A DNA stretch of 51,279 bases, from NCBI RefSeq assembly GCF_004010195.1, contig NC_057753.1, forward strand, positions 4,570,900 to 4,622,178, given 5' to 3'. This DNA is from Chiloscyllium plagiosum (taxonomy: Eukaryota). This document shows, piece by piece, positions 46,989 to 51,279 of this stretch. Numbering within the stretch: the stretch's first letter is position 1; the number at the start of each line of letters is the position of its first letter. Made by a program: the position numbers and the translations under genes. The notes under the pieces are model-generated. The model did not search any database. It was given only the letters and a program-made list of their open reading frames with translations, and had not been told where the DNA came from.

Positions 46989-49900
46989 ACACAATTACTC
47001 TCTCTCACACGTGTACTGTCTCACTCCCGGACCGTCCGGGGCATGTACAATTACTCTCTCTCACACGTGTACTGTCTCACTCCCGGACCGTCCGGGTCAT
47101 GTACAATTACTCTCTCACACGTGTACTGTCTGACTCCCAGACATGACCAGGACGGTCCAGAAGTCAGACAGTACACGTGTGAGAGGGAGTAATTGTACAT
47201 GACCGCTCGGTCCGGGAGTCAGACAGTACACGTGTGAGAGAGAGTAATTGTACATGACCCGGACGGTCCGGGAGTCAGACAGTACACGTGTGAGAGAGAG
47301 AGAGTACGTGTACATGACCCGGACGGTCCGCAAGTCCGACAGTACAGGTGTGAGAGAGAGTAATTGTACATGACCCGGACGGTCCGGGAGTCAGACAGTA
47401 CACGTGTGACAGAGAGTAATTGTACATGACCCGGACGGTCCGGGAGTCAGACAGTACACGTGTGACAGAGAGTAATTGTACATGACCCGGACGGTCCGGG
47501 AGTCAGACAGTACACGTGTGACAGAGAGTAATTGTACATGACCCGGACGGTCCGGGAGTCAGACAGTACACGTGTGACAGAGAGTAATTGTACATGACCC
47601 GGACGGTCCGGGAGTCAGACAACTGTCTGACTCCCGGACCGTCCGGGTCATGTACAATCACTCTCTCACACCTGTACTGTCTCACTCCCGGACCGTCCGG
47701 GTCATGTATAATTACTCTCTCTTACACGTGTACTGTCTGACTCCTGGACACGTGTGAGAGAGAGTAATTGTACATGAACCAGGCGGTCCTGGAATGAGAC
47801 AGTACACGTGTAAGAGAGAGTAATTGTGCATGACCCGGACGGTCCGGAAGTCAGATAGTACACGTGTGAGCGAGAGTAACTGTACATGAAGCGGACGATC
47901 CGGGAGTGAGACAGTCCACGTGTGAGAGAGAGTAATTGTACATGACCCGGACGGTCCGGGAGTCAGACAGTACACGTGTGAGAGAGAGTAATTGTACATG
48001 ACCCGGACGGTCTGGAAGTCAGACAGTACACGTGTGAGCGAGAGTAATTGTACATGAAGCGGACGATCCGGGAGTGAGACAGTCCACGTGAGAGAGAGAG
48101 AGTAATTGTACATGACCCGGACGGTCTGGGAGTCAGACAGTACACGTGTGAGAGAGAGTAATTGTGCATGACCCGGACAGTCTGGAAGTCAGACAGTACA
48201 CGTGTGAGAGAGAGTAATTGTACATGAACCGGACGGTCCGGGAGTCAGACAGGACCGTCTGGTACAATTACTCTCTCTCATACTTGTACTGTCTGACTCC
48301 CTGACCGTCCGGGTCATGTACAATTACTCTCTATCACACGTGTACTATCTGACTCCCAGACCATCCGGTTCCTGTACAATTACTCTCTCTCACACGTGTA
48401 CTGTCTGACTCCCGGACCGTCCGGGTCATGTACAATTACTCCCTCTCACACGTGTACTGTCGGACTCCCGGACCGTCTGGTTCATTTACAATTACACTCT
48501 CTCTCTCACACGTGTACTGTCTGACTTCCGGATCCGGGTCATGTACAATTACTCTCTCTCACACGTGTACAGTCTGACTCCCGGACCGTCCGGGTCATGT
48601 ACAGTTACTCTCTCTCACACGTGTACTGTCTGACTTCCGGATCCGGGTCATGTACAATTACTCTCTCTCACGCGTGTACTGTCTGACCTCCGGATCCGGG
48701 TCATGTACAATTACTCTCTCTCACACATGTACTGTCTGACTCCCGGACCGTCCGGGTCATGTACAATTACTCTCTCTCACGCGTGTACTGTCTAACTCCC
48801 GGACCGTCCGGGTCGTGTACAATTACTCTCTCACACGTGTACTGTCTGACTCCCGGACCGTCCAGGTCATGTGCAATTACTCTCTCACACATGTATTGTC
48901 TGACGCCGGGACCGCCTGGGGCATGTACAATTACTCTCTCTCACACGTGTACTGTCTGACTCCCGGACCGTCTGGTTCATGTACAATTACTCTCTCTCAC
49001 ATGTGTACTGTCGGACTCCGGACCGTCCGGGTCATGTACAATTACTCTCTCTCACACGTGTGCTGTCTGACTCCCGGACCGTCCGGTTCATGTACAATTA
49101 CTCTCTCTCACATGTGTACAGTCTGACTCCCGACCGTCCAGGTCATGTACAATTACTCTCTCTCACACGTGTACTGTCTGACTCCCAGACCATCCAGGTC
49201 ATGTACAATTACTCTCTCTCACACGTGTACTGTCTGACACCCGGACCGTCCGGTTCATGTACAATTACTCTCTCTCACACGTGTACTGTCTGACTCCCGG
49301 ACCATCTGGTTCATGTACAATTACTCTCTCTCACACGTGTACTGTCTGCCTCCCGGACCGTCCGGGTCATGTACGATTACTCTGTCTCTCACACGTGTAC
49401 TGTCTGACTCCCGGACCGTCCGGGTCATGTACAATTACTCTCTCTCACACGTGTACTGTCTGACTCCCGGACCGTCCGGGTCATGTACAATTACTCTCTC
49501 TCACACGTGTACTGTCTGACTCCCGGACCATCCTGTTCATGTACAATTACTCTCTCTCACACGTGTACTGTCTGACTTCCGGATCCCGGGTCATGTACAA
49601 TTACTCTCTCTCACACGTGTATTGTCTGACTTCCGGACCGTCCGGGTCATGTACAGTTACTCTCTCTCACATGTGTACTGTCTGACTCCCGGACAGTCCG
49701 GGTCATGTACAGTTACTCTCTCTCACACGTGTACTGTCTGACGTCCGGACCGTCTGGGTCATGTATAATTACTCTCTCTCACATGTTGACTGTCTGATTC
49801 CCGGACCGTCCGGGTCATGTACAATTACTCTCTCTGACACGTGTACTGTCTGACTCCCGGACCGTCCGGGTCATGTACAATTACTCTCTCTCACACGTGT

Positions 49901-51279
49901 ACTGTCTGACTCCCGGACCATCCTGTTCATGTACAATTACTCTCTCTCACACGTGTACTGTCTGACTCCCGGAACGTCCGGGTCATGTACAATTATTCTC
50001 TCTCACACGTGCACTCTCTGACTCCCGGATCGTCCGGTTCATGTACAATTGCTCTCTCACACGTGTACTGTCTGACTCCCGGACCGTCCGGTTCATGTAC
50101 AATTATTCTCTCTCACAAGTGTACTCTCTGACTCCCGGACCATCCTCTTCATGTACAATTACTCTCTCTCACACTTGTACTGTCTGACTCCCGATCGTCC
50201 CGGTCATGTACAATTACTCTCTCTCACACGTGTACTGTCTGACTCCCGGACCGTCCGGGTCACGTACAATTACTTTCTCTCACACATGTACTGTCTGACT
50301 CCCGGACCGTCCGGTTCATGTACAATTGCTCTCTCTCACACATGTACTGTCTGACTCCCGGACCGTCCGGGTCATGTACAATTACTCTCTCTCACACGTG
50401 TACTGTCTGACGCCCGGACCGCCTGGGGCATGTACAATTACTGTCTCTCACACTTGTACTGTCTGACGCCCGGACCGCCTGGGGCATGTACAATTACTCT
50501 CTCTCACACGTGTACTGTCTCACGCCCGAACCGTCTGTGTCATGTACAATCACTCTCTCACACATGTGTACTGTCTGACTCCCGGACCGTCCGGGTCATG
50601 TACAATTACTCTCTCTCACACGTGTACTGTCTGACTCCCAGACCGTCTGTGTCATGTACAATTACTCCCTCTCACACATGTACTGTCTGACTCCCGGACC
50701 GTCCGGGTCATGTACAATTACTCTCTCTCACACGTGTACTGTCTGTCTCCCGGACCATCCGGGTCATGTACAATTACTCTCTCACACACGTGTACTGTCT
50801 GACTCCCGGACCGTCCGGGTCATGTACAATTACTCTCTCTCACACATGTATTGTCTGACGCCCGGACCGCCTGGGGCATGTACAATTACTCTCTCTCACA
50901 CGTATACTGTCTGATTCCCGGACCGTCTGGTTCATGTACAATTACTCTCTCACACACGTGTACCGTCTGAATCCCGGACCGTCCGGGTCATGTACAATTA
51001 CTCTCTGTCACACGTGTACTGTCTGACTCCCGGACCGTCTGGTTCATGTACAATTACTCTCTCTCACACGTGTACCGTCTGAATCCCAGACCGTCCGGTT
51101 CATGTACAATTACTCTCTCACACGTGTACTGTCTGACTCCCGGACCGTCCGGGTCATGTACAATTACTCTCTCTCACGCGTGTACTGTCTAACTCCCGAC
51201 CGTCCGGGTCACGTACAATTACTCTCTCACACACGTGTACTGTCTGACTCCCGGACCGTCCAGGTCATGTACAATTACT
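46989..51279. repeat. Satellite/minisatellite array with a ~56-bp unit, about 75 copies, mixed orientation, running off the window end
   Basis: Unit catgtacaattactctctctcacacgtgtactgtctgactcccggaccgtccgggt read directly. Confidence 0.97.

Noticed and set aside
47115..50914. Many short ORFs (MYNYSLSHVYCLTPG...)
   Set aside because: They are translations of the 56-bp satellite, whose unit is not a multiple of 3.
46989..51279. CRISPR-like array (palindromic repeats)
   Set aside because: Units are contiguous with no unique spacers, there are no cas genes, and the context is eukaryotic.

Overview
Vertebrate genomic DNA, most likely a shark or other elasmobranch (inferred from HE1-type V-SINEs and CR1/HER1-type LINEs). 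It is mostly interspersed repeats (CR1, V-SINE, Penelope-like, RTE, L2-like and LTR-like fragments) with three assembly gaps (9159-9230, 23050-24030, 45548-46081). Two spliced + strand genes are supported. (1) The 3' end of a short TPX2-like gene: coding exons 6194-6348 and 10766-10924, and a UTR exon from 13483 with AATAAA at 13777. Its protein stops right after the TPX2 ridge/wedge microtubule-binding motifs. (2) The 5' part of an unidentified gene starting in a CpG island at about 22500-23050, with an RFX X-box, exon 1 at 22885-22942 and candidate later exons including an acidic, internally repeated exon at 46491-46877. Non-genic highlights are two families of minimal hammerhead-ribozyme motifs in Penelope terminal repeats (several as free palindromic elements), several minisatellites, and a >4.2-kb array of a 56-bp satellite that switches orientation four times. 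Most ORFs in the supplied track are repeat-derived or span N gaps. Family names and homologies are from recall, not database searches; repeat boundaries are approximate.
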